Positions 28,854 through 38,574 of a stretch of 64,000 nucleotides of DNA are shown here, piece by piece (position 1 is the first letter of the stretch; the number at the start of each line of letters is the position of its first letter). The notes beneath the pieces were generated by a model. The model saw nothing but the letters and a program-made list of their open reading frames with translations, made no database searches and was not told where the DNA came from. The stretch is from an uncultured delta proteobacterium (GTDB lineage Bacteria; Desulfobacterota; Binatia; UBA9968), in assembly GCA_963755715.1 (NCBI GenBank), contig CAVWLW010000033.1, positions 256,001 to 320,000 of the forward strand, in the 5' to 3' direction. The translations under genes and the position numbers were made by a program.

Positions 28854-29996
28854 ATGAAGCGAAGCACTCATCACATCCTCACCACGCACACCGGAAGCTT
28901 GCCTCGTCCCTCGGACTTGGTCGACATAGTGCTCCGCCAGGAGGCAAAGCAGCCGGTGGATGAAGAGGTTCTTGCCATGCGTGTCCGCTCTGCGGTCGCG
29001 GAAGTGGTGCTAAAACAGGCCGAGATCGGGATCACCTTCCTCAACGACGGCGAACAGGGCAAACCCGGTTACTCCACTTATATGAAAGACCGCCTCACCG
29101 GCTTTGAGGGTGAAAGTACGGCTGCCGCCGTGTCAGGCGAAGCCAAGGACTTTCCGGAGTACAGCGCGCGGCGCGCAGGAAGAGCCTCCCCCATGCGCCC
29201 AGCGTGCACCGGCCCCATCGCTTGGAAAAACCGGGACGCGGTGCGCAAAGACATTGAAAATCTTAAGGACGCCATCAAAGCAGTCAAAGCCGAAGAGGTA
29301 TTCATGACCGCCGCCTCGCCGGGCGTGGTGCCGCACTTCATGAAAGATCAATACTACGGCAGTGAAGAGAAATATTTATACGCCCTGGCGGACGCCTTGA
29401 AAGAAGAATATGACGCCATCCATCGCGCCGGCTTCGTGCTCCAGCTAGACTGCCCCGACTTGTGCATGAGCCGCCACAACCGATTTTCCGATCTGAGCAC
29501 AACGGAGTTCAAGAAGATCGCCGAGCTTCACGTGGCGGCCCTCAACCACGCCTTGCGAGACATTCCGGCTGATCGGGTGCGCCTGCACATGTGCTGGGGC
29601 AACTACGAAGGTCCACACCATCTGGATATCCCGCTTAGGGAAATCATCGACGTGGCGCTAAAGGCCAAAGTCGGCGCTCTCTCCTTCGAGGGCGCCAACC
29701 CCAGGCACGAGCACGAGTGGGTCGTCTTCAAGGAGGTTCACCTCCCTGATGGCATGGCCATCATTCCAGGTGTGATCGACTCCACGACCCATTTTATCGA
29801 GCATCCGGAACTTGTCGCGCAGCGTATTGTCCGCTACGCCGAGGTGGTGGGCCGCGAGAACGTCATCGCGGGCACAGACTGCGGCTTCGGCACCTTCGTG
29901 CGCGCAGAACCGACCATCGACCCGCGCATCGCGTGGGCCAAACTCAAGTCGCTGGCTGACGGCGCAGCCATCGCCTCAAAGCGACTTTGGAATTAG
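28854..29996 (+). CDS. Cobalamin-independent methionine synthase II-like (Meth_synt_2) Zn enzyme
   Basis: ILTTHTGSLPRP, NDGEQGK, LQLDCPDL, RLHMCWGNYEGPH, EGANPRHEHE, GTDCGF. Confidence 0.92.
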   Translation: MKRSTHHILTTHTGSLPRPSDLVDIVLRQEAKQPVDEEVLAMRVRSAVAEVVLKQAEIGITFLNDGEQGKPGYSTYMKDRLTGFEGESTAAAVSGEAKDFPEYSARRAGRASPMRPACTGPIAWKNRDAVRKDIENLKDAIKAVKAEEVFMTAASPGVVPHFMKDQYYGSEEKYLYALADALKEEYDAIHRAGFVLQLDCPDLCMSRHNRFSDLSTTEFKKIAELHVAALNHALRDIPADRVRLHMCWGNYEGPHHLDIPLREIIDVALKAKVGALSFEGANPRHEHEWVVFKEVHLPDGMAIIPGVIDSTTHFIEHPELVAQRIVRYAEVVGRENVIAGTDCGFGTFVRAEPTIDPRIAWAKLKSLADGAAIASKRLWN

Positions 29997-30021
29997 CGGT
30001 AATTCCGCCCGCGTGAATCAG

Positions 30022-30110
30022 GTTCAAAACCGTTCAAACTGTTCAACCGCTGTGCTCCGTTCAAAACGTTACATGAACATCGGTTCCAAAGGTTCCGTTG
30101 GTTCCAATCG
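30022..30110 (+). repeat. GTTCAA-periodic intergenic element
   Basis: GTTCAAAACCGTTCAAACTGTTCAACCGCTGTGCTCCGTTCAAAACGTT ... GTTCCAAAGGTTCCGTTGGTTCCAATCG. Confidence 0.7.
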
Positions 30111-30174
30111 CAACTGCTATGACGCCCGGAACGTGTGGCATTGCTCGCCTCGCCGCACGTGCTAAAGTCCGAGC

Positions 30175-30480
30175 GTGAACGCGCCCCGCGCGATCGTTTA
30201 TCGCGCGCTTCTCGATGCGCGCGCGGTCGTGAAGTGGAAGGTGCCGAGCGGCATGACCTGCCACGTGCATGCGTTCGACGCCCGCGAGGGCGGCTCGTTC
30301 CGGATCTCGCTTACGTACGCCGCGCCAACCGGGACCGGCAAAACGACTGCGCACACCGACACGTACCATGGCCGCTTTGTGAAGCTTGTGACGAACGAGC
30401 AGGTCGTCGAAGTGGTCGAGTTCGAGACGACAGATCCCGCGTTGCGTGGCGAGATGACGATCACGATCTCGCTGGCCGAT
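30175..30480 (+). pseudogene. SRPBCC (START-like) protein fragment
   Basis: VNAPRAIVYRALLD..W.VP.GM..FDAREGGSFRISLTY..YHGRFV.LV.NEQVVEV.EF; truncated where it meets the hydrolase remnant. Confidence 0.75.
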
Positions 30481-31110
30481 CTGCTTCCGTTCGATCTCCT
30501 CATAGGGCGGATAGCCCGGCGCGAGGCCTAGACCATGACGATAGGAATGGATCACCACGTCGACATAATCGGGGTTGTCGAACGCCATCGCCGGGCGCTC
30601 GAATGTCGGCCTCATCCGGGCGACGCCGCGCCGATCGGCCGCCAGTCCTACCTGGCCGCGCTCTGTCTGAAAATAGTACTGGTACCAAAGGCCGGAGTCG
30701 ATCTTCGCCGGGATTGGCGTCATCGCATGGGCAAATATCCTGGATGAGTTAGCTGTTGACGGAAATCAAGCCGTGCAGCGCTCCGGCCACAGCGCCGCCG
30801 CGACGCAGGCCGCGCGCCCGCCCCAATTGAAACCGGCTAACACAGCGATCGGGATTTTAAGGGCATACATCAAGGCGATCACGTCCGCGCCGATCGCGCC
30901 ATGCTGACCCGCTCGCGGTATAGCGGCGTCGAGAAAGCCTGATCCTGCCTGTCTTATCGAATCCATCCCGATCACGACGCTTGGTGAGACGGGCTGATTC
31001 GGCATTGCGGCCGTCTTAGCCTTCGCGCGTTCAAAGAGTCCGACCCCGTCGCCGTTAGCCCGGTCGTGCCGACGAAGGCATTCTGCAGGAAGCGCCTGCG
31101 TTTCGCATCC
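30481..31110 (-). pseudogene. Alpha/beta (epoxide-hydrolase-like) hydrolase remnant with a Tat-like N-terminus
   Basis: Fragments RRRFLQ; AIGADVIALM.AL.IP.AVLAGFNWGGRAACVAAALWPERC; LWYQYYFQTERG; FDNPDYVDVVIHSYRH; with deletions. Confidence 0.75.
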
Positions 31111-31182
31111 GTAAGGTCGGAAATTAGATTCTGCTAGTGCAGTCCGTTGGCGGCGATTTTCAGATGCAGTGAATCCGACGCT

Positions 31183-31449
31183 CTAGGCATCGCCTGCGGA
31201 GGAACGAGCGGCCAGCGCTGGCTTTTCGCCGCGGCCCTTTCGGGGATCACGAATTCGACTTGCACCACGTCGGTGAGGCTCTTTCCACCGCCGAGCCATG
31301 TATCGGGCGTATTCCTCCGCCATTGCCATATTAGGGCATGACATTGTTGTCCTAAAAAACCTCATTGCCCCATTTTTCAGAATGATTTCGACTATGGGTG
31401 ATGATTCGTGCCTGACTGTGATCTCAATATTGGATTCTCGATACGTCAT
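31183..31449 (-). CDS. Small hypothetical protein
   Basis: ATG preceded by GGAGG; AT-richer than surroundings; no recognisable motif. Confidence 0.4.
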   Translation of the reverse strand: MTYRESNIEITVRHESSPIVEIILKNGAMRFFRTTMSCPNMAMAEEYARYMARRWKEPHRRGASRIRDPRKGRGEKPALAARSSAGDA

Positions 31450-31778
31450 TGTCTAATGCCTCCGGGCGTACTGTTGGTGACACCTTTAACGTGCACCTAT
31501 ACCAAGCGGGCCGCTATTTGCCGTTCAATATTAGACAGTGTTGAAAAATAAATTTGGGCAGAAACCTCACACCGTCCGCACCGTTGTTGTGGAGCGAGCG
31601 GCCAGCAAAGACAAGAAAATTTTTGAGCAGATCAACCCCATCGACACGACCCATTTCCAGTTTTAACTGAGTCCTTCTCGATGCAAGGATTTTCTATCCG
31701 CGCGGGCGTTTGACAGGAGTTAGAATGTTAGCCATCTTATAGGAGATAACTTACCTAACGCCCCATGGAGAGGAATCT

Positions 31779-32684
31779 ATGAAGACACTGCGATTGGAAA
31801 CCACTGCGCCGTTTCAAGGCTTGGCCGAGCTCGTGGCCTATGACGAGGGTCTGTTCGAGAAGGAAGGCATCCAGATCGAGTGGATGGATCGTGAGAAGGG
31901 CGTCGACAAAAGTCCGCAGCTGCATATCACGGATCATAAGGAAGCATCGCGCTACACAAGCCACGGTAAGATGATGGAGCAAGGTCAGGCGGATCTCTAC
32001 AACGCTTGTGAATGGGGTAATTTCTCGCGGGTCGAAACCACCAACGTCGGCAGCCGGCAGGTCGGCCGTCGTTCCATGGTGAATTTTGCCGGGATCGTCG
32101 TCCGCGCAGATTCACCGGTGCAGGTGCCTCAGCAATTCGCCAACGTGCAGATCGGCGTCCCTTTTTATAGCGGTACGCACTATCTGTGCCTGCAGATGCT
32201 GGAAGGCTTCGTGCCGCGCGAGCTGATCAAGATCGGCCGCGTGCCGAACGGCTCCAATTACCGTTTCAAGATGCTCATGGATAAGACGATCGAAGCGACG
32301 ACCCTGACCGAACCGTATATTTCGTTGGCTGAGAAAATGGGCTGTCGTGTCGTCATCTCGGCTTTCCACCACGGCACCGACGTGGCGTCCGATCGCGTGG
32401 ATGGCGAAACTTACGAGGCCTTCAACCGTGCGATTCGCGAAGCCGTCCGGCGCATCATGGCGAACAAGCGCGCCTATATGCACTACTTCATCGACTACTA
32501 TCGCGATCGCGATCCGCAGATCAGTCAGCTCACCATCGACGATCTGCGCGAGAGCCGCCTCTATCTGGTCGATCCGGCGCCGATCCCGGCCGATGAACTC
32601 CAACGCACCTACGACTGGATGAAGAGCTGGGATTTCCTCGAGACCGCCCCCTGCGCGGCCAATCTCGTCAACATGAGCGCGTAG
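31779..32684 (+). CDS. Periplasmic-binding-fold (NMT1-like) protein with no signal peptide
   Basis: LVAYDEGLFEKEGIQIEW; IGVPFYSGTHY; TLTEPYISLAEK.G; hydrophilic N-terminus. Confidence 0.8.
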   Translation: MKTLRLETTAPFQGLAELVAYDEGLFEKEGIQIEWMDREKGVDKSPQLHITDHKEASRYTSHGKMMEQGQADLYNACEWGNFSRVETTNVGSRQVGRRSMVNFAGIVVRADSPVQVPQQFANVQIGVPFYSGTHYLCLQMLEGFVPRELIKIGRVPNGSNYRFKMLMDKTIEATTLTEPYISLAEKMGCRVVISAFHHGTDVASDRVDGETYEAFNRAIREAVRRIMANKRAYMHYFIDYYRDRDPQISQLTIDDLRESRLYLVDPAPIPADELQRTYDWMKSWDFLETAPCAANLVNMSA

Positions 32685-32832
32685 AAGCACAGCTGCGAAT
32701 GGACGCCTGGAAGCAGGCTTCCCACGTAATGGAGGTGTTGGAGCACAACATCAGAATTCGGTGTCTGGATTAGACTACAGGGTCATGATCAAAATTCATG
32801 AATTTACAAGCTTCATACCATTACTTTTCGTC

Positions 32833-32848
32833 TGGCACATCGTTTGTC
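32833..32848 (+). promoter_or_regulatory. Possible sigma-54 promoter (imperfect -12)
   Basis: TGGCACA-TCGT-TTGT upstream of 32890. Confidence 0.4.
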
Positions 32849-32889
32849 TCCTCGGAGAATCCGCGATCTGACTCAAAAAAGGAGATCCT

Positions 32890-33171
32890 ATGATCACCCG
32901 TAAACTTGTAAATTTTACCGCCATAATCACTCTGGCTGCACTAATTGGAAGTTGTAGCCTTTGGAGGAAGGAAACCAAAGTGACTATGGCTGATCTGCCG
33001 GCTCCAGTCAGGACTGCTGTGCAAAAGACAACGGCCGGTTCGACAGTTACACAAATTGAAAAAATCGAGTCCGGCGGAAAAGTGACCTATGAAGTTGAAT
33101 ATCGTAAGGACGGCCAGGATCACGAAACCTACTTCGCCGAAGACGGCACAATCGTCAAAGGTGTGGAGTAA
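32890..33171 (+). CDS. Small PepSY-like/BLIP-like lipoprotein
   Basis: RBS AAAGGAG; lipobox LIGSC; DLPAPVRTAV..IEK..GKVTYEVEY.KDG..E.YFAEDG. Confidence 0.8.
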   Translation: MITRKLVNFTAIITLAALIGSCSLWRKETKVTMADLPAPVRTAVQKTTAGSTVTQIEKIESGGKVTYEVEYRKDGQDHETYFAEDGTIVKGVE

Positions 33172-33190
33172 GCCTCTCGGCGAACACCCA

Positions 33191-33273
33191 GTCGAGCCTG
33201 GTCCGATCCCGGCCGATGAACTCCAGCGCACCTACGACTGGATGAAGAGCTGGGATTTCCTCGAGACTGCCCC
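33191..33273 (+). pseudogene. Copy of the 3' end of gene 31779..32684 (matches 32568..32650)
   Basis: CCGATCCCGGCCGATGAACTCCA.CGCACCTACGACTGGATGAAGAGCTGGGATTTCCTCGAGAC.GCCCC. Confidence 0.92.
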
Positions 33274-33712
33274 AGGCTTTCTATATCAGTGAGCCGGCTG
33301 TCATTGAACGCTGGCGCTTCGCCTTATTATTTGAAACCGTTCTTAACGGTACGCCCGACTGGCGGCCACGGCATACGTGTGCGGAAGCTATCCTCCTGGA
33401 TCAAGTTGGCAAGGCCGTGGAATCGACTTGATATTTGCGGAGTGTGCCGGCGCTGCCTCAAACGAAGTCGCGGAAACGAGGTAAGGCGAGCATGATGTCC
33501 ACATGACCGTGCCAGTCCCCCGGCACAGCACTTGTCGCGACCATGAAAAAGCACCCCTTTGACTCACGTGCGCCATTCCAACTTTAAAATGATATGTGAT
33601 GAGCGCTGTCAGACGTTGCTTATTGCTTGTCACCTCTGGCAAACATCCGAAGAGCACTGCAAATCGAAACGCCAAAGTGAAACTATTTTCACTTGAAAAC
33701 CCCTGCCTAATT

Positions 33713-34750
33713 ATGCGCAGGTGTTACTCGGGCGTCTTTTTTTTGATCTTGCTCATCGCCTGTGCGGGTGTAGGAAACGAGCCGATCCCCGGGCAACCCG
33801 CGCATCACGTGGTGGGCGGTTTTCGCAATACCAATTCGGATTTCCGCCGACCTTCCGCATGGACGCGCTGGAGCTTTGTTGTGCGCCGACTGTGGACGAC
33901 TTCCGTCTCACCGCGGACCTTCGATGTGCCGCGCGTCTCCAATGACGGCGCCCTCCTCCGTGCCGGCAGTGTGAATCCGAGTATTACCTGGATTGGCCAC
34001 TCGACGCTGTTGGTACAGATCAACGGCGTGAATATTCTAACCGACCCGCAGTGGAGCGAACGAGCAAGTCCGGTGTCTTGGGCCGGCCCGCGCCGTCTAA
34101 GCCCTCCCGGGCTCGCATTCGAAGATTTGCCGCGGATCGATGTTGTCTTGATCTCTCACGATCACTACGATCATCTGGATCTAAACACCGTAAAGCGCCT
34201 TGCCGCGGCGCGCGATCCGCTCTTTTTGGTTCCGCTCGGTCTCAAGGCGTGGTTTGCCGAGAACGGAATGACACGGGTCGAAGAGATGGACTGGTGGCAG
34301 GAGCGCGAATATGGCGCCGTGAAATTCGTCTGCGCGCCGGCTCAGCATTTTTCCCAACGAACATTGGCGGACGCGAATGAACGACTCTGGGCATCGTGGG
34401 CGGTGTTGAGCCCCGAGCGACGGCTTTATTTCTCGGGTGATACCGGTTACTTCGCGGGCTTCGTGGAAGCCGGCCAGCGGCTCGGTCCGTTCGACGTCGC
34501 GGCGCTCGCCATCGGCGCCTATCTACCTCCAGAAATCATGAAAGCCGTGCACCTCACACCGGAAGAAGCGGTGCAGGCGTTCATCGACCTCAATGCCCGT
34601 GTGATCCTCGGTATCCACTGGGGCACCTTCGATCTCGCGGAGGAGCCGCTCGACGAGCCACCCCGACGTTTACTAGCCGATATCCGCCGCCGCAACATCG
34701 ATTCGTCACGCGCCTGGATCTTCAAGCTCGGCGAAACGCGCCCCTGGTAA
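33713..34750 (+). CDS. MBL-fold hydrolase, NAPE-PLD/RomA-like, probable lipoprotein
   Basis: TWIGHST, LTDPQWSERAS, ISHDHYDHLD, PAQHFS.R, FSGDTGY, IGAY.P, IHWGTF.L; LLIAC. Confidence 0.9.
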   Translation: MRRCYSGVFFLILLIACAGVGNEPIPGQPAHHVVGGFRNTNSDFRRPSAWTRWSFVVRRLWTTSVSPRTFDVPRVSNDGALLRAGSVNPSITWIGHSTLLVQINGVNILTDPQWSERASPVSWAGPRRLSPPGLAFEDLPRIDVVLISHDHYDHLDLNTVKRLAAARDPLFLVPLGLKAWFAENGMTRVEEMDWWQEREYGAVKFVCAPAQHFSQRTLADANERLWASWAVLSPERRLYFSGDTGYFAGFVEAGQRLGPFDVAALAIGAYLPPEIMKAVHLTPEEAVQAFIDLNARVILGIHWGTFDLAEEPLDEPPRRLLADIRRRNIDSSRAWIFKLGETRPW

Positions 34751-34860
34751 AATCAATTCAGAAAGTTCAACGAACAGCTGACCTGCTGGCCGGAAAGCGA
34801 ATGCCGATTACACGAATTGACCCGAGACGATAACGCCTCAGTGCGGCGCTTTCCTGCAAC

Positions 34861-36086
34861 TCAATTCCACAGCTCGCGGCTCGCCAATCGGGCGCCCTCC
34901 GCCAGCGCGTAGAGTTTTGCAAAGGCGAGACTGGCATCGGGAAGGTGGCGCAAACCGCAATCGGTGCAGGCAATGACGTTTTCTTTGCCGACGAGTTTGG
35001 CAAAGCGGACGATGCGTTCGGCCACCAGCTCTGGATGTTCGATGAAATAGGTGGTGTCGTCGATCAGCCCCGGGAAGAGAATTTTTCCGTCCGGGAAGTT
35101 TTCATCTCTTGCCAAATCTTCCATTCATGGCCATGACGCGGATTGGCCGACTCGATAGTGATTCCCGTGACGTTGGCTTTAAGCACGATATCGATGATAT
35201 CATTCAGCGCAATATCGCGGTGGTGCGGTCCTTCGTAATTGCCCCAGCAAATATGGATGCGCACTTGTTCGGGCGGAATCGTCTTGAGCGCATAATTGAG
35301 AGATTCGACATGCTGTTCGATGACTTTGCGAAATTGTTTGACGCTCAGGTCGGCGTAATCCGTGTTGGCGCCGGAAGCTAGGTCCGGGCAATCGAGTTGC
35401 AAGACGAAACCCGCTGCGACGATCATTTGATATTCCCGGCGCATGACATCGGCGACTGCCTGCAGATAAGTTTCTTCGTCGGAATAATATTCGTTCCTGA
35501 AAAAACGCGCGAAACAACCTGGTGACAAGGCCGACATGAAAACCTCGTGCGGATGCTCCGTTGCTGCCGCAGCCGCAAGCCGGGCAATGTCGGTTTCCAC
35601 GGCGGCGAAGTCCCGCCAGTTTAAGGGACCAGCGCAGACGTAAGCCATGCCGCCGTTGTCGTGAGCGTCGCTCTGGCTGCGGGCAAGGTCATGAAACTCG
35701 GCAATGTCGGTGCGGAAGTGCCGTGGCGCGCCTTCGATATCGCTCCGCGCTAATCCGGTTTCGCGCGGACGAATAATTCCATGAGCAACGCTCCAGGGCG
35801 CGGCGCCGTGTGCCCGGGAGCGAGCCATCCTTTCGAGACCGCCAACGCGGTGCACGACATAGTCATTCCACGAGGTTTTACTGAGCTCGCCGTCGTCGAC
35901 GATATCGACGCCGACTTCGATTTGCTGCCGCACCACTGCGCCGATCCCGCTTGTCAGTGCCGCGTTATGCGCCGCCTGATCGTAGGTTTCGCCGTGGCGC
36001 TTTGCCGCGAGACCGCGACGAACCAACTCCGGTAATGGCAGGCTGCCTGTGTGGGTGGTGAGAATGCGGTCGGTGCTGCGCTTCAA
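34861..36086 (-). CDS. Meth_synt_2-like Zn enzyme (frameshift near 35100)
   Basis: ILTTHTGSLP, RIHICWGNYEGPHH, ESANPRHGHEW; C-terminus ENVIACTDCGL lies in ORF 34861..35124. Confidence 0.88.
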
Positions 36087-36134
36087 TGTAACTTTCTCCT
36101 CGACGCTCTTGCCGGCTTCGCGCGCTCTTTCAGA

Positions 36135-37322
36135 TCAACGCCACAGCTCGCGGGTCGCCAATCGGGCGCCTTCCGCCAACGCGGCAAACTTGAGCCAGGC
36201 GACGCTGGGATGAGTGTCGTTGAACCGCAGGGCGGAGGCGGCAAAGCCGCAGTCGGCTCCGGCGATGACGTTCTCGCGCCCGACGAGTTTTGCGAATCGC
36301 ACGATCCGTTCGGCGACCAACTCCGGGTGCTCCACCAAATTCGTCGTGTGGCTGATCACGCCGGGTATGAGAATCTTTCCGGCGGGAAGCTTGACCCGCT
36401 CGAAGACATGGTATTCGTGTTCGTGCCGCGGGTTCGCCGCTTCGAATGAATAGGCGCCGGCGTTGATCTTCAACATGATGTCGACGATGTCCTTCAAATC
36501 CATTTCGTGGATGCGCGGACCGACATCGATGCTGTAGCAGGTGTGGAAGCGGATTTTCTCGGGCGGGATGCCGCGGATCGAGTCATTGATCGCGTCGACG
36601 CGCTCGGCTGCCCATTTCCTGCAGTCGGTAACGCTGAGCTCCGGGTGCATCATGTAATAGGTGACCAGGCGCGGATCGTCGATCTGGAGAATAAACCCGG
36701 CGTCGACAATCGCCTTGTACTCTTCGCGCATGGCATTCGATATCGCCTGCTCGTATTCCTCGTGGGTCCGGTAGTATTCGTTGGCAAAAGTAGCCGCGAC
36801 GTAAGAGGACGCGATCGCGGGAATGAAGACGTCTTCGTGGGTCAAGCCTTTAGTTGCCGCCTTGAGGTTGGCAATATCCGCCTGGACCGCCTCGTGACCT
36901 CTATAGCTGACCGGTCCGGTGCAAGTATCAACGCTGTGACCCCGCCCTCCGCTTCGACCGCCAAACGGTTCGGCGATACGCTCGGACCATGCATAGTACT
37001 CGGGGAAGGAGAGATACTCTCGACCGGCTGCGCGCGGTCTCACGGTCCCCGGAGCGGCGGGCTTGCGCTCGAAGCCGTTGAATCGTTCGATAATGTAGCT
37101 GAAGAAGCCCGATTTGCCCTGCTCGCCATCGGTGATGATATCGATGCCTGTTTCGACCTGTTTCCGAACAACCTCCGCAACAGACTCGCGCACAACCCGT
37201 GCGAGTTCGTCGCGGTCGTAGGGTTGTCCTTCCTCTCTCAGTCGAAGAAGCGGTGTCAAGGAATCGGACCTGGCCAAGCTGCCCACATGGGTCGTGAGGA
37301 TTCTTTCCGTGCTTTGCTTCAT
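36135..37322 (-). CDS. Meth_synt_2-like Zn enzyme
   Basis: ILTTHVGSLAR, TDGEQGK, LQIDDP, RFHTCY, EAANPRHEHE, GADCGF. Confidence 0.92.
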   Translation of the reverse strand: MKQSTERILTTHVGSLARSDSLTPLLRLREEGQPYDRDELARVVRESVAEVVRKQVETGIDIITDGEQGKSGFFSYIIERFNGFERKPAAPGTVRPRAAGREYLSFPEYYAWSERIAEPFGGRSGGRGHSVDTCTGPVSYRGHEAVQADIANLKAATKGLTHEDVFIPAIASSYVAATFANEYYRTHEEYEQAISNAMREEYKAIVDAGFILQIDDPRLVTYYMMHPELSVTDCRKWAAERVDAINDSIRGIPPEKIRFHTCYSIDVGPRIHEMDLKDIVDIMLKINAGAYSFEAANPRHEHEYHVFERVKLPAGKILIPGVISHTTNLVEHPELVAERIVRFAKLVGRENVIAGADCGFAASALRFNDTHPSVAWLKFAALAEGARLATRELWR

Positions 37323-37439
37323 AATATCCTTCTATTGATGAATTTTTTGCCTTTGGCGGCTCCGGCCGGCGGAAATTTAAAACCCCTTTGCCAAGCGACG
37401 TTCGAGACTTTCCCCAAGCAAGAGCTCAGGGAATACGTA

Positions 37440-37525
37440 AATTGACCCGGCACCGTAACCCTTGAGCGCGGCGCGCTCCAGCAACTCAATTCCACAGCTC
37501 GTCAGTCGCCAATCGGGCGCCTTCC
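37440..37525 (-). pseudogene. Copy of the Meth_synt_2 3' end plus 3' flank (matches 34815..34900)
   Basis: AATTGACCCG...GCGGCGC..TCC.GCAACTCAATTCCACAGCTCG....TCGCCAATCGGGCGCC.TCC. Confidence 0.85.
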
Positions 37526-37527
37526 AT

Positions 37528-37585
37528 TCAAATGTAAGCCGGGCGCTGCAGAAGAGTTAGTAGACTTAGGCAAGTCCGGCGCCGA
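37528..37585 (+). mobile_element. Last codons of the RAYT-like transposase plus right inverted end
   Basis: SNVSRALQKS* then TAGACTTAGGCAAGTCCGGCGCCGA, same tail as 11670..11730. Confidence 0.75.
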
Positions 37586-37599
37586 CTGACGCCGTCGCG

Positions 37600-38547
37600 C
37601 TATTTCGACTGGCTGCCGATGAAGTCGAGCACGGCGCGATTGAAAATCTCCGGCTGCTCCCAGTACGACGAGTGCCCGGCTTCGGGCATCAATACAACCC
37701 GGCTGTTCGGAATCTCGGCCGCGATCATCCGCGAGATCGACGGCGGCGTCGACATGTCCGCAGTGCCGGCGATCAGCAGCGTCGGCAGCTTGAGCTGCTT
37801 GAGCTTCGCCTGCGTGATCTCATTCTTGAGCGTTTGCCGATATTCGCGGCCGATCAGCGCCTTGTGCTCAAGCTCCATCCACGCCTTCACGCCGGCGGGG
37901 TTCGCCGCTCGGTATGATGGACCGAGCTCGCGAAATTCGGCCGGCATTTTCTCCCAGCCCTCCGGGCGAATAAACGCCGCCGCCTTCGCGATCTCGCCGT
38001 CGCGCACCCCGAAGGAATTGCTGGAAATGGTCAGGCCCAGGAGCCGGTCCTGGTAGGAGAATGCGAAGTCCGACGCGATGCTGCCGCCGGCCGCCGACGC
38101 CACCACATGAAATCGTCCAAGGCCCAGGACATCCGCGAGGTGCCGAAGGTCCTCAGAGCCGATACCAGGATTGTTCGGGTCGAAGGGCGCGGAGTTGTAG
38201 TAGCCGCGCCGCGAAAAGGCGATGACGCGGTAGCCGGCCTTTGCTAGCACGGGCTGCTGGTAACCCCAGATCAGCGCGCTGCCGGTCGCCGGATGCAGAA
38301 GCACGATCGGCACGCCCTGGCCGCCCGTGTCCCAGTACCAGAGACGGCTGTCGGGAATCTGCGCCACGCCGTCCTTGGCTGAAACCTGCGCGGGGATGGG
38401 GATGGCTCTCATCGGATTGGCGACGGTTTGGCCGTGTGCCGTGTCGATAGGGCCTGTGCCGAGCGCTGCCAAGCCGACAGCGAGCCCGATGGTGCGGAGG
38501 AACGCGCCCGCTGGCCGGGCGCGGCTGGAGGAATGGCTCTTGCCCAT
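37600..38547 (-). CDS. Exported alpha/beta hydrolase
   Basis: N-terminal signal; LWYWDTGG.G.PIVLLHP; nucleophile elbow VASAAGG; LPTLLIAGTAD; EAGHSSYWEQPE.FN. Confidence 0.88.
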   Translation of the reverse strand: MGKSHSSSRARPAGAFLRTIGLAVGLAALGTGPIDTAHGQTVANPMRAIPIPAQVSAKDGVAQIPDSRLWYWDTGGQGVPIVLLHPATGSALIWGYQQPVLAKAGYRVIAFSRRGYYNSAPFDPNNPGIGSEDLRHLADVLGLGRFHVVASAAGGSIASDFAFSYQDRLLGLTISSNSFGVRDGEIAKAAAFIRPEGWEKMPAEFRELGPSYRAANPAGVKAWMELEHKALIGREYRQTLKNEITQAKLKQLKLPTLLIAGTADMSTPPSISRMIAAEIPNSRVVLMPEAGHSSYWEQPEIFNRAVLDFIGSQSK

Positions 38548-38574
38548 CGTCGCAATGCTCCCTTCAGTATACCA

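Noticed and set aside
16461-33273. Gene 3'-end copies as diversity-generating retroelement template repeats
   Set aside because: Differences are not adenine-specific but mostly synonymous, and there is no reverse transcriptase in the window.
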